This document shows, one piece after another, positions 1-13,168 of a stretch of 64,000 nucleotides of DNA (positions within the stretch are counted from its first letter, which is position 1; the number at the start of each line of letters is the position of its first letter). The translations under genes were made by a program, and so were the position numbers. The stretch is from NCBI RefSeq assembly GCF_006345805.1, contig NC_043012.1, positions 57,722,001 through 57,786,000 of the forward strand, read 5' to 3'. Below the pieces are notes generated by a model. That model worked only from the letters and a program-made list of their open reading frames with translations, made no database searches and had not been told where the DNA came from. This stretch comes from Octopus sinensis. Its lineage: Eukaryota.

Positions 1-92
1 CAATGCCTTAAAACATTATCATTATCAACTGCTTTATCGCTGTCGTGTATAGTATTAGTAAAATAGATGGAGAAAAAAAAAGACTTTATTTA

Positions 93-134
93 GTAGGACA
101 CATGTTCCGACCCGTTCTGGGTCTCTTCGGGTAC
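93..134 (-). ncRNA. Degenerate minimal type I hammerhead motif (Penelope-like element remnant)
   Basis: Minus strand reads gtac CCGAAGA GACCC agaac GGGTC GGAAC atgt GTC ctac: perfect 5-bp stem II and GTC triplet, but U4C and A13G core changes and a weak stem I. Confidence 0.55.
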
Positions 135-426
135 ATAAATAAATGGAAAAATAAGAAGTCTCACTAGAGATTCGGTTTTGCGTATCGCTACATGCCCGTC
201 AACTTTGAGAATGAGTAACCCCCCCCCCCCCCCAACAAAAAACAGAAAAGTTGAAGCGCGAAAAATTCAAATATGAACGTGAAAATTCTAGTTTACAGAA
301 AATGATTTATGAGCCATCGCTGTTGTAACTGTCGAGAAAGAAAAGGAAGTAGAAAGGAAGATAATACTTAGACGAAAACATTATTTTGTATTCGTGCTCA
401 TACGCACATATACATACGCATATGTA

Positions 427-731
427 TCACGTGACTCACCTCACGTGACCATCAGAGGTTCCTACACATCGCTAGTCACAATACGCTTCGCATTGTTTTA
501 GCCTTCAATGACGCCACCTCGCTGGCTAAGCGAGCAGGCCAACAGAAGAACGAATGAGAGAAAGTTGTGGCGAAACAGAACAGCAGGGATCACCACCATT
601 CCCTGCCGGTGCCTCGTGGAGCTTTAGGTGTTTTTGCTCAATAAACACTCACAACACTCGGTCTGGGAATCGCAACCGCGATCCTACGACCGCGTGTCCG
701 CTGCCCTAACCACTGGGCCATTGCACCTCCA
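427..731 (-). mobile_element. tRNA-derived SINE, family C (possibly octopus OR-type)
   Basis: Minus-strand head ggtgcaatggcccagtggttagggcagcgg...ggttgcgattccc with A/B boxes; homologous to 26150-26456 and 38398-38605. Confidence 0.85.
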
Positions 732-759
732 GATACATATGTATATGCATATGTATATG

Positions 760-809
<50 letters not shown>

Positions 810-868
810 TATATTATATATATATATATATATAATATATATATAATATATTATGTGTATATATATAT

Positions 869-911
<43 letters not shown>

Positions 912-948
912 ATAATATATATATATATATATAATATATAGATATATA

Positions 949-983
<35 letters not shown>
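760..983. repeat. (TA)n microsatellite (representative of many in the window)
   Basis: Direct reading. Confidence 0.97.
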
Positions 984-3090
984 CTTGTGGTACCAGTGCC
1001 GGTGGCACACAAGAATCCATCTGAACGTGGCCGTAGTCAGTACCGCTTGTGTACCAGTGCCGGTGGCACACAAGAATCCATCCGAACGTGGCCGTAGTCA
1101 GTACCGCATCACTGGCCATCGTGCTGTGGGCACATAACAAACCCATCCGTTCGTGGCCGTTCGCCAGCCTCATCTAGCACCTGTGTCGGTGGCACATAAA
1201 AAGTAGTCAGTACCGCTTGTGGTACCAGTGCCGGTGGCACACAAGAATCCATCCGAACATGGCCGTAGTCAGTACCGCATCACTGGCCATCGTGCTGTGG
1301 GCACATAACAAACACCATCCGGTCGTGGCCGTTCGCCAGCCTCATCTAGCACCTGTGTCGGTGGCACATAAAAACACCATCCGAAGACCCGCAAGACTAG
1401 TCAGGCCATAAACCATGGCCCCTACCTGGGACGTAGTCAGTCCACCTGTGCATACCTTCCTCCTTGTGATACTTGTGAAGGCCTGTTGAGGCAAGTGAAA
1501 ATCAAAATCAAAATCAAAACAAATCAAAATAGATGAACATCAATGGAATTTGTATCTTTGTGGTACCAGTGCCGGTGGCACACAGAGAAGACCATCCGAA
1601 AGTGGCCGTAGCCAGTACCGCATCGACTGGCCTCCGTGCTGTGGGCACATGACAAACACCATCCGATCGTGGCCGTTCGCCAGCCTCATCTAGCACATGT
1701 GTCGGTGGCACATAAAAACATCCGAAGACCCGGCAAGACTAGTCAGGCCATAACCCATGGCCCCTACCTGGGACGTAGTCAGTCCACCTGTGCATACCTT
1801 CCTTCTTGTAACACTTGTGAAGACCTGTTGAGGCAAGTGAAAATCAAAATCAAAACAAATCAAAATAGATGAACATCAATGGAATCTGTATCTTTGTGGT
1901 ACCAGTGCCGGTGGCACACACTTTGTGGTACCAGTGCCGGTGGCACACACTTTGTTGGACCAGTGCGGTGGCACACACTTTGTGGTACCAGTGCCGGTGG
2001 CACAACTTTGTGGTACCAGTGCCGGTGGCACACAAGAGAACCATCCGAACGTGGCCGTAGCCAGTTCCGCATCGACCGGCCTCCGTGCTGTGGCACGTAA
2101 CAAACACCATCCGATCATGGCCGTTCGCCAGCCTCATCTGGCACCTGTGTCGGTGGCACATAAAAACACCTTCCGAAGACCCGGCAAGACTAGTCAGTCC
2201 ACCTGTGCATACCTTCCTTCTTGTGACACTTGTGAAGACCGGTTGAGGCAAGTGAAAATCAAATCAAATCAAATCAAATCAAATCAAAATAGACAAAATA
2301 GATGAACATCAATGAATTTGTATCTTGTGGTACCAGTGCCTGTGGCACACAAGAATCCATCAGTGCTGTAGTCAGTGCGGTGGGCACATGACAAACACCA
2401 TCCGATCGTGGCCGTTCGCCAGCCTCATCTAGCACCTGTGTCGGTGGCACATAAAAACAACCATCCGAACCCGGCAAGACTAGTCAGCCATAACCCATGG
2501 CCCCTACCTGGGACGTAGTCAGTCCACCTGTGCATACCTTCCTCTTGTGACACTTGTGAAGACCTGTTGAGGCAAGTGAAAATCAAAACAAATCAAAATA
2601 GATGAACATCAATGGAATTTGTATCTTTGTGGTACCAGTGCCGGTGGCACGTGGCACACAAGAAAACCATCCGAACGTGGCCGTAGCCAGTACCGCATCG
2701 ACTGGCCATCGTGCTGTGGGCACGTAACAAGCACCATCCGATCGTGGCCGTTTGCCAGCCTCATCTGGCACCTGTGTCGGTGGCACATAAAAACACCATC
2801 CGAGCGTGGCCGTCTGCCAGCCTCGTCTGGCACCTGTGTCGGTGGCACATAAAAAACACCATCCGAGCGTGGCCGTTTGCCAGCCTCGTCTGGCACCTGT
2901 GTCGGTGGCACATAAAATCACCCACTACACTCTCGGAGTGGTTGGCGTTAGGAAGGGCATCCAGCTGTAGAAACACTGCCAGATCTGACTGGACTGGTGC
3001 AGCTTTCGGGCTCCCCACACCCCAGTTGAACCGTCCAACCCATGCTAGCATGGAAAGCGGACGTTAAATGATGATGATGATGATGATGAT
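984..3090 (+). repeat. Hierarchical head-to-tail tandem array (300-430 bp units built from ~60-bp subunits) ending in an RTE-type SINE tail
   Basis: Anchor agatgaacatcaat recurs at 1531, 1867, 2300 and 2600. Subunits share gtg(c/t)cggtggcac...aaa..caccatccga..gtggccgt. A ~29-bp block is repeated about 5 times at 1892-2033. The array ends in ggttggcgttaggaagggcatccagctgtagaaac...ccatgctagcatgg...(ATG)n. Confidence 0.9.
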
Positions 3091-3601
3091 ATATATATTA
3101 TACGCACTTAAACATACCGCGCTGTCACGCGCACATCCAAGGATATGGGTATGTACGTGCAACTAGATACAGGCGAATACGCACACGTTTTGACGAATAC
3201 ATACATACATCTATGTGTAGGAATCCACATATACAGGCACACAGGCGCATGTATACATAAATATATGCACATAGCATAGATAAATATGTGCATATATCCG
3301 TAAATCGAGATACAGACGTCTGTGCAAAGTTTGACACACACACACACGCACGTGTTAATACACTCGCGTATACAAATAACTAATATATACACGCGCATAT
3401 ATACATATACACATACACACACATATACATATACGTATGCGTATACTCATATAAACATACACTCGTGTACACGTATACACAAATTCACATTAATATATAT
3501 ATATATATTGGTGTCCTGTACCCATATATGCATGTATATATACATATAGATGTAGGTACGTACATATATGTATATATGCATATGTTTTATTTATTATTTT
3601 G

Positions 3602-3648
<47 letters not shown>

Positions 3649-4267
3649 ATATATATATTATATAATATATATATTATATATTATATAATATATATATATA
3701 TATATATATACACACCTAAAAAAACGCAAATGTGCGTTGATAGGGATGTAGACATATGTATCTTTACACGTAGATACATATACACACACGCACACACATA
3801 TAGACACACACGCACACACATATGTATATATACACATACACATACACATACCTCCACCGCCACTATGATGTTCTTGCAACCTGCAATCTACGGGATAATA
3901 ATAGGTAATCGAAACTGTGCTGGTGCTTTGCTCATCATCCACTTATACACGTGGTTCTACAGGAATACAGGTATTTGGTTATGCGACTGTTTCTTTGCAT
4001 AATGAGATCTAGTTGTGTTTCTTCAGGCGATATGCGAGTTTTGTCTCTGTTAGTTTAAAATCGTCGACTTCAAGGCCATCCCCTCCGTCCGTCGTGGCTT
4101 GAATTTCGTAGTAGCTGATAGACTCATGGTGTGTGTTGCTAGAGTGCGTTTGGCGGACTGCTATGAATGGTAGGAGATGGCGTTGCGTCGAAACAATTGT
4201 AGCGATTAAAAATTAACTGTCCAACCGTACTCTTCCTTGGTGACTCTAATTTCTTCAATTTCATATT

Positions 4268-4427
4268 CGCAGGAGTGGCTGTGTGGTAAGTAGCTTGTTT
4301 ACCAACCACATGGTACCGGGTTCAGTGGCACCCTGGGCAAATGTCTTCTACTATAGCCTCGGGCCGACCAAAGTCTTGTGAGTGGATTTAGTAGATGGAA
4401 ACTGAAAAAAGCCCGTCGTATATATAG

Positions 4428-4460
<33 letters not shown>

Positions 4461-4692
4461 GTGTGTGTGTTGTGTGTGTGTTTGTGTGTCTGTGTTTGTC
4501 CTCCTAGCATTGCTTGACAACCGATGCTGGTGTGTTTATGTCCCCGTTACTTAGCGGCTCGGCAAAAGAGACCGATAGAATAAGTAGTGGGCTTACAAAA
4601 GAATAAGAAGTCCCGGGGTCGAGTTGCTCGATTAAAGGCGCTGCTCCAGCATGGCCGCAGTCAAAATGACCGAAACAAGTAAAGAGAGAGTA
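4268..4692 (+). mobile_element. tRNA-derived SINE, family A (most abundant; internal TA/TG microsatellite)
   Basis: Head gcaggagtggctgtgtggtaag...gggttcagt and tail ctccagcatggccgcagtcaaaatgaccgaaacaagtaaa; more than 15 homologous copies in the window. Confidence 0.9.
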
Positions 4693-5225
4693 AACGATGA
4701 AATCCCAAATTTGGAAGTATACAGTAATACTAACGGATAGTACTGGACAATTCTGAAGGTGGACGAGCTTTATATTCCACCACTTTCCAAACAGAATATA
4801 CCACAACTATATGTGTGTGTGTGTGTGTGTATACACAGAAAATTTTCCATTGTTCTTATCAATGTACTTAGATGTTATAACACTTGACATATTCAATGCT
4901 ATAATAAATAGCGCTTTACTACTATTCGGCTGACGAAACTAAATAATATAAGATACTATTTTTGCTGTTCCACAGTTCTTCCGATATAGGAATATTATAA
5001 TATATTCCATTGTTCTACCAATGTTCTAGTGAGCAAGCTACATATTATGACTTGTTTTATCAACAAATATAAATACTATAATATAACGAATACCATACAA
5101 CGTAAGTTGCAACTGGGAATTGAGAAGAGATCCAGAAGAGAAAGAAAGAAAAATTCTCTAACGTTGGCATACCATTATGCAAATGAACAGGTTTATTGTC
5201 TGGAGACATGAGTACATTCGAACTA

Positions 5226-6104
5226 ACGTGTTTCTTCCTCAATATCCGTCATCAGCACAGCAATTACTCTAATTTATTTCTAATAACTAACATAGACAAA
5301 TTAAAAAGAAATTAGAATACATATATACTCTTTTTACTCTTTTTACTTGTTTCAGTCATTTGACTGCGGCCATGCTGGAGCACCGCCTTTAGTCGAGCAA
5401 ATCGCCCCCGGGACTTATTCTTTGTAAGCCCAGTACTTATTCGATCGGTCTCTTTTGCCGAACCGCTAAGTGACGGGGACGTAAACACACCAGCATCGGT
5501 TGTCAAGCAATGTTAGGGGGACAAACACAGACACACAAACACATACATATATATATACATATATACGACAGGCTTCTTTCAGTTTCCGTCTACCAAATCT
5601 ACTCACAAAGCATTGGTCGGCCCGGGGCTATAGCAGAAGATAGCCTAGATAATTTGCATAAGTAAAGCAAAATTATCTAAGAGAAATAACTCGTATTTGA
5701 AGAACATAGACAAGTACAGGTATACCAAATACCGCACAACAGAAAATCTCGATTTATTAGACTTATCTGTATCCCTTCAGGACGTATCCCTTTCTTGTGT
5801 GGGACTGGTCTGAACTACCATTTGGTATTTGTAACTCATCTTCTAACAGCGGAAGTAATATAAATAAATGAAAACTTTTTGTTGTTTGGTATTTAATATG
5901 CCTGCATTTGTTTTTGGGGCTCAAATACCTACCACTGACCAATCTGAGTTATTTCCCTTAGATCACTATTTCGTGATTTATGTAAATTACATGGCTTGTA
6001 AACGTGTTCTACTCTTTTTGAATATGTCTATGTCCTCTGGCTACCGGAAATAAATTAGGACGCTTGTTGTGCTGATGACGGTTATTGAGGTAGAAACACG
6101 TGTC
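5226..6104. mobile_element. Penelope-like remnant bounded by an inverted pair of hammerhead-like motifs
   Basis: 5226-5258 (-) gtgCTGATGAcggatattgaggaaGAAACacgt and 6068-6104 (+) gtgCTGATGAcggttattgaggtaGAAACacgtGTC are near-identical and inverted; a family A SINE lies between them. Confidence 0.6.
5330..5640 (-). mobile_element. SINE family A, head-truncated
   Basis: Reverse complement of the family A body and tail. Confidence 0.9.
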
Positions 6105-6242
6105 CGAGGCTATCCTTTCATCTCTATACAGCAAACCTGTCCGTTTCCTTTATGTTATGTCAAGTTTAGAGTATTCTTTTCTGCTCCTTTTGTGAAGCTC
6201 TTCTCAATTGCCAGTTGTTAATTATTTATACATTGTATTTTC

Positions 6243-6880
6243 AGGCGCCGACGTGGCTGTGTGGTAAGAAGCTTGCTTCCGAACAACATGGTACCTTGGG
6301 CAAGTGTTTTCTACTATCGAAGCCTTATGAGTGGATTTGGTAGATGGAAACTGATAGAAGCCCATCGTGTATGTATATCGATGTGTGTGCATCTGTTTGT
6401 CCCCGCCCCCCACTGTTTGACAATCGGTGTTGGAATGTTTACGTCCCTGTAACTTAGCACTTCAGCAAAAGAAGCATGAATGATCGTGGGATTGCATCTA
6501 GAAAGTTACCCTCCGAGGCACAAGTTCGGGCAAGGCCGTTTATGGAAGACCAGCTGTCGCCCATGCATACCAGCCTCTCCTCTTCATGCCACCGATGCTA
6601 TCCAAGGGAAAAGCAAAGGGGCCAATACAGCTTGGCACCAGTGACGTCACAACTCAGTTCTACAGCTGAGTGAACTGGAACAACGTGAAATAAAGTGTCA
6701 AGTGGAAATCGAACTCAGTATCTCATGATTGTGAGTCCGACGCTCTGACCACTGAGCCATGTGCCTTCACAGAACACCAGGCTTAACAAAAAAGTCCTGG
6801 GGATAATTCTTTCGACTGAGATGTTCTGCAAGGTGGTGCCCCAGCATGGCCGCAGTCTAATGTCTGAAACAAGTAAAAAA
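6243..6880 (+). mobile_element. SINE family A interrupted by a CORE-type SINE
   Basis: Head and body at 6243-6472, tail resumes at ~6775-6880. Confidence 0.8.
6473..6770 (-). mobile_element. CORE-type tRNA-derived SINE (family D)
   Basis: Reverse complement of 24575-24903; tRNA-like head ggcacatggctcagtggtcagagcgtcgg. Confidence 0.85.
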
Positions 6881-7116
6881 AAGACAAGAAGAAACAAACA
6901 GTTTAAAAAAGACAAACAGAAAGAAACAGAGCAGATCCTCAAGAAGCAGAGATAATACATGTCATTGACCAGACCTAGCTATTTCTATGAGATCATATCT
7001 GTTTATAGAATATATTTCACTCACGGCATTACGACTATTCAACGCACATTACTACAGACAAAGTTCCTTGTTCTTAACGCAATTCTGCCAACACAGCAAT
7101 ATGCCACAAAACTCAC

Positions 7117-7169
7117 TGTTTGGCTACTATTAAACCGACCAAGCTAAATGATATAAAACAAATTTTCAT
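7117..7169 (-). CDS. Candidate first coding exon encoding a signal-peptide-like N-terminus (MKICFISFSLVGLIVAK)
   Basis: aaagcaATGAAA..., Met-Lys plus a hydrophobic run, ending at a CA|GTGAGT donor (intron starts 7116). Lies in ~1.1 kb of unique, TE-free sequence with a possible acceptor ctctctgtacacag| at 7517. No downstream exon found in the window. Confidence 0.4.
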
Positions 7170-8096
7170 TGCTTTACGGCTGTTTTTCAGATTTCTAAAT
7201 GCTTTAAAATATCTGCAAGTCTACGACATTTTTCTGCTTGTTTCACCGGCAGTTTTTCTGTGTCTTCGATAATATTAACGGAAGTTATAATAGTTAATCT
7301 TATTTAAAAGTTCATTCCAAGTAAACTTTTAAATGTTAATTTAATTATTACTAAATTGTAACGTGAACTCCACACACCTCAGGTTAAGTTTTCTTATTGC
7401 TTTGCTTTCTGTTTATTTTCTACTGATTTTTCATTTTCTTCTTTTATTTTTTGTAAATCGTAGCTAAACAGCAATACCGTCAGTTAAATTTAACATCACT
7501 GAATCATTCATCGTTTCTGTGTACAGAGAGGTGAAATGTTAACTGTACTTTACATATTATTTTCCGGTAAAACAAATTACTATCCCCCCCCAACTACCAA
7601 ACTCGCGATTATTCGTTATTTTATACAAATCTAAAAATTAAGGTGGTTTACAAGAGCAATATCGTTCTCTCTTTCCTTCTTTCTCTCTTCCTTCCTTCCT
7701 TTCTCTTTTAGAATTTTCATTAGTTTTCTATTGAACAAGAAAGCTCTGGAAACCAAGGAACGAGGCCGACCCATAGGTCAAATTGATTCAATTTTAATTG
7801 GAAAATATCTTAGATTAATTAGAGTATTTTCTATTTCTGTTTTTTTTTTTAATTATTTTTTTATATTAATTTATTTTATTTTATTTCATTTTATTTTATT
7901 TTTATTTCGTTTCAATTATCTTCAGCTTGTTTCTTGACCTCAATGAAAAGAAATTTGAATGTAACTTTATTTAAAATCTGAAGACAGACATCACAAGTTG
8001 AGACGTTACGACTTCGGCCTGCTTCACAATGAGATGGACGGCAGTTCGTATTTTGTCTCTGGTGTGCTGTAGTTGTAGTAGTAGTTGGAGAGAGAG

Positions 8097-8150
<54 letters not shown>

Positions 8151-8930
8151 TGTGTGTGTGTTTTAGTTATTCATTATATGAAGATGACAAAGGAGAAATA
8201 ATAATCACATTTTCATATGAGAAAGTCTGGAAGAGAAGAATTATTGATGCTGCAAAGAAGATGTCTTGATGTAAATAAGTCAACGGTTCTTAACCTTTTA
8301 GCACCAAAAAACATTTTGGTAAATCAATAATCTTCAACGATATTTTTTTTTTTTGCATTATTTAAATAAAACGAAAATTAATTTTCCAAAAATTAAACCA
8401 AATTTGATTCTTTTCTTGAGGAAATATTCTTAAGTTTTCTTTTGTTTGCAGTAAATATTGTGTTATAGAATTTATGGTTGCTTTTGGCGTATTGTATAAC
8501 AAATTCATGAGCATTTTATAATTTATCAAATATTTTAAATGTGAAAGGTGAAAGAATTTGTCTTTGGGAAACTTTCTGAACCATATTCAGACACTAATAG
8601 GATTAATACTCTTACGATGAGAACTGTGGCATTGTTTGAAGCCGAGATATAAGAATGAATATATGATCGCATGAGATAAGGGTATACACATGAGTACATG
8701 TATATATATTTTTAATTCTTTACGTCTTTCAGACATATGACTGCGGCCATGCTGGAGCATCGCCTTGAAGGATTTTTGTCGAATAAATCGACATCAGGGC
8801 TTTTCTTTTTAAAAGCATGGTATTTATTCTATCGGACACTTTTTGCCGAATTGCTAAGGTTCGGGGAAGGTAAACACAGCAAGAAGCGGTGATGCTTCTA
8901 CAGACACGATGAAACAATGACACACACGCA

Positions 8931-8967
<37 letters not shown>

Positions 8968-9129
8968 CGCCACACACACACACGCACACGCACACACACA
9001 CATAATGTGGAACTCGTTCTGAGGAAGGAAAACTCCGAATGACCCGGAATTGTTTCTTTGTATCGTCTATCTGGATGTTTTGCGTGCTTGTCCCATTTTA
9101 TATTTTATATCTATCTATCTATCTATCTA

Positions 9130-9166
<37 letters not shown>

Positions 9167-10120
9167 ATTATCTATCTATCTATCTATCTATCTATATCTC
9201 TCTCTCTATATATATATATATATAGCGACGTACGTACACTTTGGTCTTTTATATGTAAGTATATATTTATCTAAATTCTGTACAACTCTATTATTTCTTT
9301 CTGTCGACTGGCCACCGCCCCTCCAAATTTCAGGCCTTGTGCCTGGAATAGAAAAGTATATACACTCGCACGCATATGTCTCCCACCAACACTTGACACC
9401 CGGTTTTTAATTTTTCACTTTCGTGTAACTTAGCCGTTCGATAAAATAGAATGATAGAATAAATACCAGGCTTAAAAAAATTACGAGAAGAAAATCGTTC
9501 GACTAAAAATGCTTCAATGCCGTGCTCCAGCATGGTCGCAGTCTAATTACTGGAACAAGTAAAACATAATAATAGATACATGTGTATGATTGTCCGCCCG
9601 TTGTGTCAGGGCATATCACATGGAAAGAGCGCGTGTACACCTGTGTTGGTCTGTATTTGTATAAGCGTACGTATCTGTGCATGTACTACCGTATACGTAT
9701 CTGTTCTTCGTGCACAAATCAATGTTTTGCGGGATTTTCGTGGAAATCTACGGATGCATATACATGAGAAAACGTGTATATATGTATGTATTTGTGCGTA
9801 TTTCATATGCATAAAATGGCAGCTTGCAGAAGAGATGGTTCTTCGCTTTATAATTGAGTCTTGTCACTTTAATTATTTAGTTTCATTTATTGTATTCCAA
9901 TTTCCCCGTGCACTTCCTTTCTCTTGATACAGACGATATCTCTTCCAGAACTGTATAATAGACGGTTTTGTCTTCGATGCTTGACATGAAGAGATTTTGC
10001 CTGACGAAGATCCATCATGGAAAGAAATATTTTACGCGGCGGAAAACGCTTTGAAAAGTAACTGTTGTGGTTATGTTCTGACCGAGTGTATAAAGTATAA
10101 TTCTGAATCAATAATAATTC

Positions 10121-10301
10121 ACATTCCCGACCTTTTTACTACCAAGGACCCCTTTTATTTAAATGAGTTTTCCCACGGATTCCTTTTAAATGGTGTGTGT
10201 GTATTATATATATAATATATATATATTATATATCTATATATGAAATTTGATTAATTCACGGACCTAGGACTACTTTTGCCGACCCAGGTTGGAAAACACT
10301 G
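10121..10301. mobile_element. hAT (Charlie-like) MITE, eroded left end
   Basis: Right end ccaggttggaaaacactg; internal segments homologous (reverse) to 24506-24570 and 26470-26540. Confidence 0.7.
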
Positions 10302-10448
10302 ATAGGTTTATAATATATATATATATAATATATATATAGATATATTATATAGATATAATATATAGATAGATATATTATATATATATATGTATATATATAT
10401 ATATTATATATATATTATATTATATATTATTATGTATGTAGATACATA

Positions 10449-10489
<41 letters not shown>

Positions 10490-10823
10490 CACATATATAA
10501 TGTATGTATATACATATATACGTATATACATGTATGTATACATATATATATATATATTAAATATGTATGTATATACATACATTATATATATATGTATGTG
10601 TGTATATATATATGTGAATATGTATGTGTATGTATATATGTATATATATAAATATGTATGTATGTATATATGTATGTGTGTATCTATCTATATATATAAA
10701 TATGTATGTACATATATATATGCACGCATGTATATATATATAATATGTATATGTATATGTATATGTATATATGTATATATATGTATATATATATACATAT
10801 ATATATATACACTCATATATATG

Positions 10824-10860
<37 letters not shown>

Positions 10861-11068
10861 CGACGGATGCACTCCCAAAATGTCCGACACGATAAATTAT
10901 GGTCAGCAGAGCAACAATCTTACCAGGAAGGATGTAAATAACAAACAAACTCATCAAATAGACATGTAACCATTTAAATATATATATATATAATCTATAT
11001 ATATATATATATATATATATAGGTAAAACATTTATAATATATATATATATATAATATAATATATTATA

Positions 11069-11108
<40 letters not shown>

Positions 11109-11427
11109 GGGTTTTAATCCGGACTTGTCTCCTGATGAAGCCCATCTACATATTCAGTGTCCCAAAGTGTCGATGTCATATTTCATATGAGCGATGTAAA
11201 TATTGGGGAATACTGTAAAATAGTGGAAAATACATTTTCCAGAATAGTTACATACTAAAGCAGAAAACTGGTTAACATTGTTGCTACTAGCTATTATCCA
11301 ATGTATATATTTCATTTCCTGCATATGTGTATCTCCTATTAGGTAAAGAAACATGTGTAAAATGGGTGGGGCAGGGTTAAAAATAATAATGCAAAATTCT
11401 TTTTGGAGTTTTTTTTGTTTTAGCGTG

Positions 11428-11465
<38 letters not shown>

Positions 11466-11489
11466 GTGAGTGTGTATATATACACATAT

Positions 11490-11536
<47 letters not shown>

Positions 11537-11706
11537 TACATATACAAAGATTCATACACAAACATATATTTTATAATATACATTACTAATAATAGACGAT
11601 AGCACAGAAGGTGCAAAGTTTAGCTCATAAGGTCTTAGCTTTGCACTTTAATGGAAAGAGAAAGTGTTTAAACGTTTCGAAGATTTCTCCTTTATCAATC
11701 GAGAGA

Positions 11707-11738
<32 letters not shown>

Positions 11739-12750
11739 CATAGAGGATGTGGGGATGATAAATTGTGAGTGAAAATAAGAAAAGATATATATGTATTCAT
11801 GTGTGTGTGTATGTCTGTGTATCTGTGCACGAGTGTGCACATGCACGCAAATTATGAATTTGATTATCTTGTCGTTTAAACATTTAAATATTTTAGAAAC
11901 TACACCTCTGTTTCATTTCCCAATAGATATGACCTTGACATTTTGTATTTTTAAATTTTCCCCTTTATTTTGCTTTTAGCTTTCAGTTTCGCATTTATAC
12001 ATATACACCCATATATACACACATACACGTGCATACACTCAAACACATATATTTTCCTTTTATCATTCTTTTTTTTTTTTATCCCACACTAATTTATTTC
12101 TACAATATTTCTAACCCCTTACATATAAACACCTTCATTTACGCATTCCATTCCACATTCGACACAATCCGCTGCTTTAGAGAAATTATCAAAATTTCCA
12201 CAAATTAAAATTTTTAATTGCACGAGAAATCCATATTTTAACTAACTCATTCTAAACTCCTACATTCAAAATCCCAACCATCGTAAACCCGTTTAAAATC
12301 TTCAAATTCAAACCAATATTTGAATTTTAAATTTTAGGCTTGAATTTATAATCTCACCTTATCAATATTCTAATATTCTTATATTTTAAAATTATCTTTC
12401 GATAAAAATTAACTTTCGTCATGCTTAAGCATCATATAGAGAGGTAAACGCATCACTCAATGGTCATACACCGTTTCGATAAAATCTTCACCCAATTCTG
12501 TGTTAGTAGGAATCATAATATATCTCCAATTGATCATAGTAGATATAAATTTTAGAAAGAAATGGTTGCCATAGTGAAGCGGGGGGGGGGACTCATATTT
12601 CACTTCAATGAAGCTGTATCTATATTACATTTTAAAAAATCGATCCTAAGCTTTTATAGGACATTGAACTCTCGCATGTGGTATCTTAAAATACCTCTTA
12701 AACATTGTTTGTTATCTTCTACTTGTTTTAGTCATTAGACTGCGCCCATG

Positions 12751-13168
12751 AAGGCGGCGAGCTGGCAGAAACGTTAGCACGCCGGGCGAAATGCGTAGCC
12801 GTATTTCGTCTGCCGTTACGTTCTGAGTTCAAATTCTGCCGAGGTCGACTTTACCTTTCCTACTTTCGGGATCGATAAATTAAGTACCAGTTACGCACTG
12901 GGGTCGATGTAATCGACTTAATCTGTTTGTCTGTCCTTGTTTGTCCTCTCTGTGTTTAGCCCCTTGTGGGTAGTAAAGAAATAGGTATTTTGTCCGTCAC
13001 TACGTTCTGAGTTCAAATTCCGCCGACGTCGACTTTGCCTTTCATCCTTTTGGAGTCGATTAAATAAGTACCAGCTACGCACTGGGGTCGATATAATCGA
13101 CTTAATCCGTTTGTATGTCCTTGTTTGTCCTCTCTGTGTTTAGCCCCTCGTGGGTAGTAAAGAAATAG
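12751..13168 (+). mobile_element. SINE family B dimer (one head plus 184-bp repeated body), inserted in a family A tail
   Basis: Head ggcggcgagctggcagaaacgttagc, B box gagttcaaattc; body starts at 12800 and 12984. Confidence 0.9.

Noticed and set aside
1483-1503. Hammerhead in the array unit (ctgttgag gcaagt gaaa)
   Set aside because: A6 is missing, there is no stem II or III and no stem I partner; an HDV-like fit around cccctacctggg also failed for lack of P2.
984-2915. CRISPR-like repeat-spacer array
   Set aside because: Segments between the conserved motifs are themselves repeated rather than unique spacers; eukaryotic context and no cas genes.
7985-8070. Pre-miRNA-like hairpin
   Set aside because: Pairing needs a 6-nt bulge and several internal loops; no mature miRNA recognised.
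11131-11150. ctgatgaagccc (and ctgaagatgg at 21140) as hammerheads
   Set aside because: Only the first core half is present, with no closing stem II plus GAAAC; at most eroded remnants.
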